Source: Macrostomum lignano
Lineage: Eukaryota
NCBI GenBank assembly: GCA_002269645.1
Contig: NIVC01002643.1
Location: 1-28,692 of the forward strand
DNA: 28,692 bases
Direction: 5' to 3'
Under the pieces are notes generated by a model. That model had not been told where the DNA came from, searched no databases, and saw only the letters and a list, made by a program, of their open reading frames with translations. The position numbers and the translations under genes are program-made. Positions 1 through 12,120 of the stretch are shown here, one piece after another (position 1 is the first letter of the stretch; each line of letters opens with the position of its first letter).

Positions 1-25
1 CAAAAAAGTAATTTAACTTTGATTA

Positions 26-187
<162 letters not shown>

Positions 188-200
188 CTATAGATGCAGT

Positions 201-215
201 GTCCTGTCTGTCTTA

Positions 216-277
<62 letters not shown>

Positions 278-279
278 GC

Positions 280-313
<34 letters not shown>

Positions 314-333
314 TTGTCTGTCTGTCTGTCTTA

Positions 334-371
<38 letters not shown>

Positions 372-373
372 GC

Positions 374-435
<62 letters not shown>

Positions 436-437
436 GC

Positions 438-469
<32 letters not shown>

Positions 470-487
470 TAGTCTGTCTGTCTGTGC

Positions 488-527
<40 letters not shown>

Positions 528-600
528 TAGTCTGTCTGTCTGTTTGCCTGTCTGTCTGTCTGTCTGTCTGTCTTAGTGTCTGTCTGTCTGTCTGCCTGTC
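201..600. repeat. (TCTG)n microsatellite with TTTG/TGCG/TTAG interruptions, in TASK intron 2
   Basis: Directly visible 4-bp periodicity; source of the SVCL ORFs. Confidence 0.98.
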
Positions 601-1020
601 CTTTGGCCTTATTAACATGGCGTTAGACTGAGGCATCAATTCTTGTCACGCTGTTTGCTAAAGTGCTCCCAAGGCCTGAGTCTCGGCCCTCGGAAATTGT
701 TTTTAAAAATCTTGTCTTGTAAGCCGCATTAGCCGCCAGGTCACGTAACTGAAAGCGATGCAGTCCATGCAGACATGCCAGTGTGCGACTAAATAACTGC
801 GGCCCCAATACATTTTATTGCATACTAAGCAAAGAGAATGTCTAAAGCCAAACCAGGCCACCTGTTAATCGCCTAAAAAAATATCGTGCAACACAGGATT
901 CCAGGTATTTTAGTAATGATCCAGGCATGAAGTAAAGGCGGAGAAACACAAACTTTTGTATACTTTTAAATGCAAAGCAAAGTAGTGCTCAATAATTTTT
1001 TTCTGCTCAGTGTTAAGCAG

Positions 1021-2607
1021 ATGAGAAATGAAAGTGAGGGAGATTAGAAATGAAAGTAAGGGAGATTAGAAATGAAAGTGAGGGAGATTAGAAATGAAAG
1101 TGATAGAGATTAGAAATGAAAGTGATAGAGATTAGAAATGAAAGTGAGGGAGATTAGAAATGAAAGTGAGAGAGATTAGAAATGAAAGTGATAGAGATTA
1201 GAAATGAAAGTGAGGGAGATTAGAAATGAAAGTGAGAGAGATTAGAAATGAAAGTGAGAGAGATTAGAAATGAAAGTGATAGAGATTAGAAATGAAAGTG
1301 AGGGAGATTAGAAATGAAAGTGAGGGAGATAAGAAATGAAAGTGAGGGAGATTAGAAATGAAAGTGAGAGAGATTAGAAATGAAAGTAAGGAGATAAGAA
1401 ATGAAAGTGAGAGAGATTAGAAATGAAAGTAAGGGAGATTAGAAATGAAAGTGAGGGAGATTAGAAATGAAAGTGAGGGAGATTAGAAATGAAAGTGAGA
1501 GAGATTAGAAATGAAAGTGAGAGAGATTAGAAATGAAAGTGAGGGAGATTAGAAATGAAAGTAAGGGAGATTAGAAATGAAAGTGAGGGAGATTAGAAAT
1601 GAAAGTGAGGGAGATTAGAAATGAAAGTGAGGGAGATTAGAAATGAAAGTGAGAGAGATTAGAAATGAAAGTGAGGGAGATTAGAAATGAAAGTGAGGGA
1701 GATAAGAAATGAAAGTGAGGGAGATTAGAAATGAAAGTGAGGGAGATTAGAAATGAAAGTGAGAGAGATTAGAAATGAAAGTGAGGGAGATTAGAAATGA
1801 AAGTGAGGGAGATTAGAAATGAAAGTGAGAGAGATTAGAAATGAAAGTGAGGGAGATTAGAAATGAAAGTGAGGGAGATAAGAAATGAAAGTGAGGGAGA
1901 TTAGAAATGAAAGTGAGAGAGATTAGAAATGAAAGTGAGGGAGATTAGAAATGAAAGTGAGGGAGATAAGAAATGAAAGTGAGGGAGATTAGAAATGAAA
2001 GTGAGGGAGATAAGAAATGAAAGTGAGGGAGATAAGAAATGAAAATGAGGGAGATAAGAAATGAAAATGAGGGAGATTAGAAATGAAAGTGAGGGAGAAA
2101 AGAAATGAAAGTGAGGGAGATTAGAAATGAAAATGAGGGAGATTAGAAATGAAAGTGAGGGAGATTAGAAATGAAAGTGAGAGAGATTAGAAATGAAAGT
2201 GAGGGAGATTAGAAATGAAAGTGAGGGAGATTAGAAATGAAAGTGAGAGAGATTAGAAATGAAAGTGAGGGAGATTAGAAATGAAAGTGAGGGAGATTAG
2301 AAATGAAAGTGAGGGAGATTAGAAATGAAAGTGAGAGAGATTAGAAATGAAAGTGAGGGAGATTAGAAATGAAAGTGAGGGAGATAAGAAATGAAAGTGA
2401 GGGAGATAAGAAATGAAAATGAGGGAGATTAGAAATGAAAGTGAGGGAGATAAGAAATGAAAGTGAGGGAGATAAGAAATGAAAATGAGGGAGATTAGAA
2501 ATGAAAGTGAGGGAGATAAGAAATGAAAGTGAGGGAGATAAGAAATGAAAATGAGGGAGATTAGAAATGAAAGTGAGGGAGATAAGAAATGAAAGTGAGG
2601 GAGATTA
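1021..2607. repeat. 22-bp minisatellite (GAGATTAGAAATGAAAGTGAGG), about 72 copies
   Basis: Visible 22-bp period; no C seen on the plus strand from 1019 to 2611. Confidence 0.98.
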
Positions 2608-3059
2608 AAATCGGCCAAACTGCATCCAATATCAGGTGGCGCAGAAGTGAGCTCAGCTGACAGACAGTCAGCTCCGATCGAGGGAGACCAAGTCGCGGAG
2701 AGGGCGAGTAGTTCTCCGACTAAACTCACTTTTTTGCGCTGGCATCCCACGAGCAAACAACTCGCCCCCAACTCCCAAACCGGTTCGCCCCCAACAGTTT
2801 GCCTTGCCGGTTTGTCCGCGCCGCATTCATGCTGTTTGTTAATATGCAAATTCACTTCGCTACCGAGTTGAGGCCGACACCCAGTCGCATAATTAGCATA
2901 ATTAGCATGAGAGTTATTGTGCCAGCCGTTTTCCTGGAGTAGCCGCCGCCTCGCAGTGCCTCACGCTGCTGGATGGGAGAGTGTCGGGCTGGGTCATGTT
3001 TATCTTCTTGGGCACTAATTTGTATTTTAAATGCATTCCCCATTTGGTGTCGCCGGTTG

Positions 3060-4570
3060 AGGGACAGATCCCGACCAAGGACACGGCATCAATGCAGATC
3101 CCACTGTCTGGTGGGACAGATCCCTAGCCAAGGACACGGCATCAATGCAGATCCCACTGTCTGGTGGGACAAATCCCGGCCAAGGACACGGCATCAATGC
3201 AGATCCCACTGTCTGGTGGCACAGATCCCGGCAAAGGACACGGCATCAATGCAGATCCCACTGTCTGGTGGGACAGATCCCTAGCCAAGGACACGGCATC
3301 AATGCAGATCTCACTTTCTGGTGGGACAGATCCCGGGATTCCCGGCCAAGGACACGGCATCAATGCAGATCCCACTGTCTGGTGGGACAGATCCCTAGCC
3401 AAGGACACGGCATCAATGCAGATCTCACTTTCTGGTGGGACAGATCCCGGGATTCCCGGCCAAGGACACGGCATCAATGCAGATCCCACTGTCTGGTGGG
3501 ACAAATCCCGGCCAAGGACACGGCATCAATGCAGATCCCACTGTCTGGTGGCACAGATCCCGGCAAAGGACACGGCATCAACACAGATCCCACTGTCTGG
3601 TGGGACAGATCCCTAGCCAAAGACACGGCATCAACACAGATCCCACTGTCTGGTGGGACAGATCCCGGCAAAGGACACGGCAGCAATGCAGATCCCTCTG
3701 TCTGGTGGGACAGATCCCTAGCCAAAGACACGGCATCAACACAGATCCCACTGTCTGGTGGGACAGATCCCTAGCCAAAGACACGGCATCAACACAGATC
3801 CCACTGTCTGGTGGGACAGATCCCTAGCCAAAGACACGGCATCAATGCAGATCCCACTGTCTGGTGGGACAGATCCCTAGCCAAGGACACGGCAGCAATG
3901 CAGATCCCACTGTCTGGTGGGACAGATCCCTAGCCAAGGACACGGCAGCAATGCAGATCCCACTGTCTGGTGGGACAGATCCCTAGCCAAGGACACGGCA
4001 GCAATGCAGATCTCACTTTCTGGTGGGACAGATCCCGGCCAAGGACACGGCATCAGTGCAGATCCCACTGTCTGGTGGGACAGATCCCTAGCCAAGGACA
4101 CGGCAGCAATGCAGATCCCACTGTCTGGTGGCACAGATCCCGGCAAAGGACACGGCATCAATACAGATCCCACTTTCTGGTGGGACAGATAACTAGCCAA
4201 GGACACGGCATCAATGCAGATCCCACTGTCTGGTGGGACAGATCCCTAGCCAAAGACACGGCAGCAATGCAGATCCCACTTTCTGGTGGGACAGATAACT
4301 AGCCAAGGACACGGCAGCAATGCAGATCCCACTTTCTGGTGGGACAGATCCCTAGCCAAAGACACGGCAGCAATGCAGATCCCACTTTCTGGTGGGACAG
4401 ATCCCTAGCCAAGGACACGGCAGCAATGCAGATCCCACTTTCTGGTGGGACAGATCCCTAGCCAAAGACACGGCAGCAATGCAGATCCCACTTTCTGGTG
4501 GGACAGATCCCGGCAAAGGACACGGCATCAATGCAGATCCCACTTTCTGGTGGGACAGATCCCGACCAAG
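3060..4570. repeat. 52-53-bp minisatellite (GGGACAGATCCCTAGCCAAGGACACGGCATCAATGCAGATCCCACTGTCTGGT), about 28 copies
   Basis: Visible tandem units with CTAGCC/CGGC variants; source of the QIPLSGGTDP ORFs. Confidence 0.97.
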
Positions 4571-5105
4571 GAGAATAAATCAAAGCACAGCATCTAGCCT
4601 CCCAGCTCGGCAACGCCACAGACCCACTCTCTCGCTACCCAGCATCCAGAAAGCCGCATGCTTGGCCAAACTGACTCAGATTTTCTTCACTTCATTTTAA
4701 TCGATTTTCTCTTGCAGACGAAAGGGCAGCGGAAAGCCGGGCGGCTCTGAAATGGCTCAGCTTACTTTGCAGTTTCTGCTTTCGCTTCCCGCATTCCCGC
4801 ATAGCCCTCCCTCCCTATTCTTAACGCTGAATGCCCCGACTTGGCAAACATACTGCATGACACTGGGACCAGACTGACTGCATGGGTTTCCCCTAGAAGT
4901 GGGGCTTGCTGGCCCGTGAAGTGAACTCGAATTGCTTCAATGAATAAAAAAGAATCTTACAGTTAGATGAGAGAGAAAAGAGCTCGGAGTCTTGAAATGG
5001 GATCGCTATTATGTTCCTACAGTCCTCAGGCGGTATTCCATTCTCCTGATAATGATAGTTCATTGCATTGACTCATTTGTAGTTCATTGCTGTCCAACTG
5101 CTCAC

Positions 5106-5272
5106 CGATGGTGGTGATGAGAGTTGTTGAGAAGTAGAAAGCGCCATAGAATTTCCACTGCTCGCTGCTGGCCTTGTAAGGCTTCATCTTGAGCACCAGG
5201 TCCGTGATGTTCTCGAAGATTTCGTCGCTAATGTTGAACAGAGTCTTCCAATGCTGCTCTTCCTCCAGGTAG
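5106..5272 (-). CDS. KCNK3/KCNK9: TASK-type K2P channel, coding exon 2 (cap domain and P1 helix)
   Basis: Reads YLEEEQHWKTLFNISDEIFENITDLVLKMKPYKASSEQWKFYGAFYFSTTLITTI(G). Acceptor ccctcccgcag at 5273, donor gtgag at 5101-5105. Length 167 nt = 1 + 55 codons + 1. Confidence 0.95.
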
Positions 5273-5289
5273 CTGCGGGAGGGACGGAA

Positions 5290-5527
5290 TGACTGACTGA
5301 CTGACTGACTGACTGACTGACTGACTGACTGACTGACTGACTGACTGACTGACTGACTGACTGACTGACTGACTGACTGACTGACTGACTGACTGACTGA
5401 CTGACTGACTGACTGACTGACTGACTGACTGACTGACTGACTGACTGACTGACTGACTGACTGACTGACTGACTGACTGACTGACTGACTGACTGACTGA
5501 CTGACTGACTGACTGACTGACTGACTG
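5290..5527. repeat. Uninterrupted (GACT)n microsatellite, about 59 units
   Basis: Directly visible; lies 17 nt from the exon 2 acceptor. Confidence 0.99.
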
Positions 5528-5984
5528 AAAGACTGATTTACTGCATTTTAGTTTTAACTGTATGTTAAAACCATAACGAGATTCCAGGCTTAGCAAGGCA
5601 CGTGCTGTAGAGCCATCTATTTCGAATCTCTTTTCCACTAGTTAAGTTTACCGCAACTCATTAGGCCGACCTTTAGCCTGCGAGCTAGTTACGGGTACTT
5701 GTAAATCGTTTTCTTGGCGTTTCTTTTTTGAGGCCCGCTATATTAAGCAGACAGTGAGATGAAGTCCTTGCTCAGAAGAGAAGGATATGGAAGTCCACCC
5801 GGGATCATTTGAACTTAAAATACAAGCTAGAGATGCTTCTTCTATGCACCTGTCCCTCTCAACTCGAGCTGGCGAATTCACAAGCTACATGTGTGCGAGC
5901 TTTGGACCACTAATAAAATGCTATTTAGAATAGAATAAATATCAAAATATTAAAGAAGTTAATTGGCAGCTTGTAAAGCTTCTG

Positions 5985-6905
5985 GTTTGTGAAGTTTTTA
6001 TTTTGGGAATTTTGTAGGTTGTGAATTTTGTGGCTTGTGAAGTCTGTAGCTTGTGAATTTTGTAGCTTGTGAATTCCGTAGTTTGTGAAGTCTGTAGTTT
6101 GTGAAGTCTGTAGTTTGTGAATTCTGTAGTTTGTGAAGTCTGTAGTTTGTGAAGTCTGTAGTTTGTGAAGTCTGTAGCTTGTGAAGTCTGTAGTTTGTGA
6201 AGTCTGTAGTTTGTGAAGTCTGTAGTTTGTGAAGTCTGTAGTTTGTGAAGTCTGTAGTTTGTGAAGTCTGTAGTTTGTGAAGTCTGTAGTTTGTGAAGTC
6301 TGTAGTTTGTGAAGTCTGTAGTTTGTAAAGTCTGTAGTTTGTGAAGTCTGTAGCTTGTGAATTTTGTAGCTTGTGAATTCCGTAGTTTGTGAAGTCTGTA
6401 GTTTGTGAAGTCTGTAGTTTGTGAATTCTGTAGTTTGTGAAGTCTGTAGTTAGTGAAGTCTGTAGTTTGTGAATTCCGTAGTTTGTGAAGTCTGTAGTTT
6501 GTAAATTTTGTAGCTTGTGAATTCCGTAGTTTGTGAAGTCTGTAGTTTGTGAATTCTGTAGCTTGTGAATTTTGTAGCTTGTGAATTCCGTTGTTTGTGA
6601 AGTCTGTAGTTTGTGAAGTCTGTAGTTAGTGAAGTCTGTAGTTTGTGAATTCCGTAGTTTGTGAAGTCTGTAGTTTGTGAATTCTGTAGCTTGTGAATTT
6701 TGTAGCTTGTGAATTCCGTAGTTTGTGAAGTTTGTAGTTTGTGAAGTCTGTAGTTTGTGAAATCTGTAGCTTGTGAATTTTGTAGTTTTTGAAATTGGTA
6801 GCTTGTGAAGTTTTTTTAGTTTCTGAATTTTGAAATTTGTGAAGTCTGTAGTTTGTGAATTCTGTAGTCTGTGAAGTCTGTAGTTTGTGAACTTGGTGGT
6901 TTGTG
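5985..6905. repeat. 16-bp minisatellite (TTTGTGAAGTCTGTAG and variants), about 57 copies
   Basis: Visible 16-bp period that degenerates at both edges. Confidence 0.96.
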
Positions 6906-7348
6906 ATATTTCTAGTTTGCAAAAGTGGCATTTTTACTCCTAGGAGAGAAAAGGCGGGAAACAGAAGAACCAGACACAGCAATAAAAGCCGAGAGACTGT
7001 GTTATAAAATGTCTTCATCAGCCAGCTGACTGTTATTTTAGCGCCGCCAAATCGGCCGCCGGGTCCCCAGCCAGCAGCGCCATCGATTCGGGCAATACAG
7101 CAGCAGCAGCAGCAGCTGAGCAGAGAAATTTGCTTGGCGAACAGGAGGAGGGAAAGAACAGAGAGAAGGGGGAGCCGACCGACTGCAGCCAAACTGTTAA
7201 TTAGAAAAACAGAGGAGGGATGTTGGCCGCCGGTCCGCAGCTATCTAATACGGAGCCTTACTCTACCGCTGCTGTGGGTGCCGCATTGCAATGGGCATTT
7301 GAGCTGGACTGTCCGACGGAAGTCTGCGTGTCTTCTGTCGTTTTTATT

Positions 7349-8535
7349 GGGATAAAAAGACTGGGATAGAGGGTCTGAGATAGAGGGACTGGGATAGAGG
7401 GACTGGGATAGAGGGACTGGGATAGATGGACTGGGATAGAGGGACTGGGATAGAGGGACTGGGATAGAGGGACTGGGATAGAGGGACTGGGATAGAGGGT
7501 CTGGGATAGAGGGACTGGGATAGAGGGACTGGGATAGAGGGACTGGGATAGAGGGTCTGGGATAGAGGATCTGGGATAGATGGACTGAGATAGAGGGACT
7601 GGGATAGAGGGACTGGGATAGAGGGACTGGGATAGAGGATCTGGGATAGATGGACTGAGATAGAGGGACTGGGATAGAGGGACTGGGATAGAGGGACTGG
7701 GATAGAGGGACTGGGATAGAGGGACTGGGATAGAGGGTCTGGGATAGAGGATCTGGGATAGATGGACTGAGATAGAGGGACTGGGATAGAGGGACTGGGA
7801 TAGAGGGACTGGGATAGATGGGCTGGGATAGAGGGACTGGGATAGAGGGACTGGGATAGAGGGACTGGGATAGAGGGACTGGGATAGAGGGACTGGGATA
7901 GATGGGCTGGGATAGAGGGTCTGAGATAGAGGATCTGGGATAGAGGGGCTGGGATAGATGGGCTGGGATTGAAGTATCGATATAGACGCATCGGGATAAA
8001 GGTATCGGGATAGAGGCATCGGGATAGAGGTATCGTGATCGAGGTATCGGGATAGAGGTATCGGGATAGAGGTATCGGGATGGAGGTATCGGGATGGAGG
8101 TATCGTGATAGAGGCATCGGGATAGAGGCATCGGGATAGAGGTATCGTGATAGAGGTATCGGGATAGAGGTATCGGGATAGAGGTATCGGGATAGAGGTA
8201 TCGGGATGGAGGTATCGGGATAGAGGTATCGGGATAGAGGTATCGGGATAGAGGCATCGGGATAGAGGCATCGGGATAGAGGTATCGGGATAGAGGCATC
8301 GGGATAGAGGCATCGGGATAGAGGTATCGGGATAGAGGCATCGGGATAGAGGCATCGGGATAGAGGTATCGGGATAGAGGTATCGGGATAGAGGCATCGG
8401 GATAGAGGTATCGGGATAGAGGTATCGGGATAGAGGCATCGGGATAGAGGCATCGGGATAGAGGCATCGGGATAGAGGTATCGGGATAGAGGTATCGGGA
8501 TAGAGGTATTGGGACAGAAGTATTGGTATAGACGG
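7349..8535. repeat. Bipartite 14-bp minisatellite: GGGATAGAGGGACT domain (about 7349-7967), then GGGATAGAGG(T/C)ATC domain (about 7968-8535)
   Basis: Both units share GGGATAGAGG. The 14-aa periodicity of the spurious ORFs confirms the 14-bp unit. Confidence 0.97.
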
Positions 8536-8605
8536 GACAAACTTTATGAATATTGCAATTGAGCTAAAAGGTTAGCACAGGTTTGCTCAGCGCCACAAAA
8601 TCTTA

Positions 8606-9428
<823 letters not shown>

Positions 9429-10910
9429 TTTCAATTAAAATTAAAATCTAATTCCAGACAGAACGTCTCAGACTAGATAATAGCTTCATAATTTGGCCAT
9501 GGCCTTTTTAGAGGACTAAGAAGGAAGCGGCTGTCCTGGATGAGACTGTCGGAGTCTGGCATCTCCGCAATGGCTGTCATTTGAACTGTGCAGCCGAGCC
9601 CCGGGCTAATTTTGATTTAAGGAACTCCAGTTGAAAAGTCAGCCCACTGCCGAACAAAAAGCAGCCAAGGAGACGAAGGAGAATTAGTGCATTTTCTGAG
9701 GGGGGCGGCGCATAAATTTCTGGCCGAGCTGTTGCCGGGCGGAAATGAGGAGTCGGGGAGGAGGAGCATAGGGAAAGCTCGTCTCTCTTCTTCACACTTT
9801 TGAAAAAAAATTCGCGGACTTGAAAACTGGTCAAGGCCAGCCAGCCCCTGGGCATGGCGGAGATGGCCGGTTCTAATTGTAGGAAAGGCCTCGGGCAATA
9901 ATTGGTGCCCATAGGAAGCGGGCCCGACTTGTGCGCCCCAACCGGTGCATGCGGCGAACTTTCTGGCGCAGTCGAGCACGGGGCCCAATTGACTAGCAAT
10001 GAGAATGGATAAATGAGGGCCAGAACTGCAGTGGCTATGGGCTGAGCTGCGCTGAGATGTGGAGGATCATATTTTCTTTGGCATGGATCTCGCCCGCCTT
10101 CCAGCTCTTTCTGAGTCATCTTGAAGTCACACCGCCTGCCCGACCCTCCAGGAGCCCATCAGTCAATCGGGAGAGCAGTTGAGACTCGGACATTCCTCTC
10201 GGTACCCCAAGCTCTTTTCTTGCCCCCCCCCCGATTTTTCAATCAGCAGCAATATTTCGCGGAATTTCACCAGCGGGCAAGGGCGGAGTTCTTTTATTAT
10301 TTGCTGTTGTCGGGGCTAAACCTAGCGGGGAAATTGAAAACCGCTAATTACTACTGGATGAAAACTGAAAATCCGAAACTAAGCTGCACATTCAATAACA
10401 GGCTCAAGGACCACTGTAGTGTAACAAGACGTAAAACTCAAAGATCGTGTAATTTTTGGAGGCCGATTTCCTGGAAAGAATACACTGCGGAGATAGAAGA
10501 AAACCTTTCTTCACCACATAATCAATGATTGCATTTTTGTCAATTTAGCATGCGCAACATGTTATTCTGTTGTATTTTATACAGCTGTGTAGTGCAAGTT
10601 TCATTTTAATATTGTTTTCTTTTTGTTACAGAAGCCCCAAGTTTTTTCCTTCTTAATTGAATCCAGGATATTTGTAATAAAAATTTTGCATCCAGGTACT
10701 CTTAAGCCATTATTGTAGGTATGATTCCATTCCAATGAATATTAATTCCTACTAATATTCACTTTGGGTTTATGAAGTAAAAAGAAAACAGTAGTAGGAA
10801 ACTTTCACTTTTGTCTTTTTTTCCTATCTCCGCAGTGTCTTTTTTCCCAGGAAATCGGCCTTCAAAAATTTACACGTTCTTTGAGTTTTATGTCCTGTTA
10901 CACTACAGGA

Positions 10911-11160
10911 GCTTGCTGGGGGAATTGCTGAGATGTCAAGGCTTACTGGGGGAATTTCTGAAATGTCAAGGCTTACTGGGGGAATTGCTGAGACTTCAAG
11001 GCTTGCTGGGGGAATTTCTGAGATTTCAAGGCTTACTCGGGGAATTGCTGAGATTTCAAGGCTTACTGAGGGAATTACTGAGATGTGAAGGCTTACTTGG
11101 GGGATTTCTGAGATGCCAAGGCTTACTGGGGAAATTATTGAGATGTCATCAAGGCTTATG
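10911..11160. repeat. 30-bp minisatellite (CAAGGCTTACTGGGGGAATTGCTGAGATGT), about 8 copies
   Basis: Visible 30-bp period; produces the LLGELLRCQG ORF. Confidence 0.95.
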
Positions 11161-12120
11161 GCATATTGAGCTCCTGCTGCGGACCAGAATATGCCCAGGC
11201 CAATGACGATATGCCCTAAGAGTTTGTGCTTGAAAGGATAAGTACTATTTGCTGAATGAGAAAGGCTTTTGGGCTGATGAAGGAAACTTTGGCTGGTGAA
11301 GGTTTTTATTCATGGCAATTTATTTTTGCCAAAAATAAGAAAAAGTAAATTTTGATTAATGGATTTTGAATAATAAGTAAGGTTATTACTCATTGGCCAA
11401 AATAAAAACCACTTGGCGTCATTTTTGCGCCCCCCAACGGGGGGCTTAAATTGCTAGTAACTAACTAAAAATGGTGTTATGCAGCTGTACGAGCGTAATA
11501 TAAAAAATATGCAAGTAAAACTTTCACTTGCCTGAAATTTGGGACACGTTGTTTTTTTACTGTTTATTGATTTAAAAAAATCGTCTGGCCAGCAAATTGA
11601 AAATCAGAAGATTTCAATGCAGATCCTCACTGGGTTCGTTAAGCAGCGATTGTTAGTGGAAAGTTTTTTTCCTAGAATATCGTGGCCCGCCGGCGTCTGG
11701 GCTCTCCAATTGACGAGCTTGAGCCGTCTGCCTTTTAGCTGGTGGTTAAAGTGTAGGAGAAATGTCACGGTACCAATGCTGGCGCAATGCGTGATTGGCC
11801 GCCTTAGGCAAAGCCAATGGGATTATAGATATAGGCTAGAGACGATGCGAAATCTAAAAAAACTTGAAAATATGGACTTGCACTAAAAGTAAGTTTTCTT
11901 ACTGTGATTGATGCGGCCCTGAGACTTGATGAAGAGGTTTCTGTTCTGAGACGACTTTTCTACTGATATTACTTTGACTGACTGTTTAAGCAAAAAGCCT
12001 TTATATATGAATTTATTTACAATTATGAAATTAATTTTCTTTTTTTAAGAGTTCTGGTTCACAGTATTTTATATATTATGACTTTCTTGTCGCAAACGAC
12101 TCATAAATAATGTGTATTAA

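Noticed and set aside
623-808. 61-aa minus-strand ORF as an alternative TASK exon
   Set aside because: The candidate acceptors give stops or unrelated peptides in the required phase 1, and there is no channel similarity.
3060-4570. Regularly spaced repeats resembling a CRISPR array
   Set aside because: The units are head-to-tail with no unique spacers, there are no cas genes, and the context is a eukaryotic intron. The same applies to the 65-bp and 47-bp arrays.
9577-10528. 180-aa, 123-aa and 135-aa ORFs upstream of TASK
   Set aside because: No recognisable domain or consistent splice sites; more likely 5'UTR or promoter sequence.
10811-11206. Leucine-rich-repeat-like ORF (LLGELLRCQG)n
   Set aside because: The 10-aa period comes from a 30-bp minisatellite; it has a non-ATG start and does not fit the LxxLxLxxN spacing.
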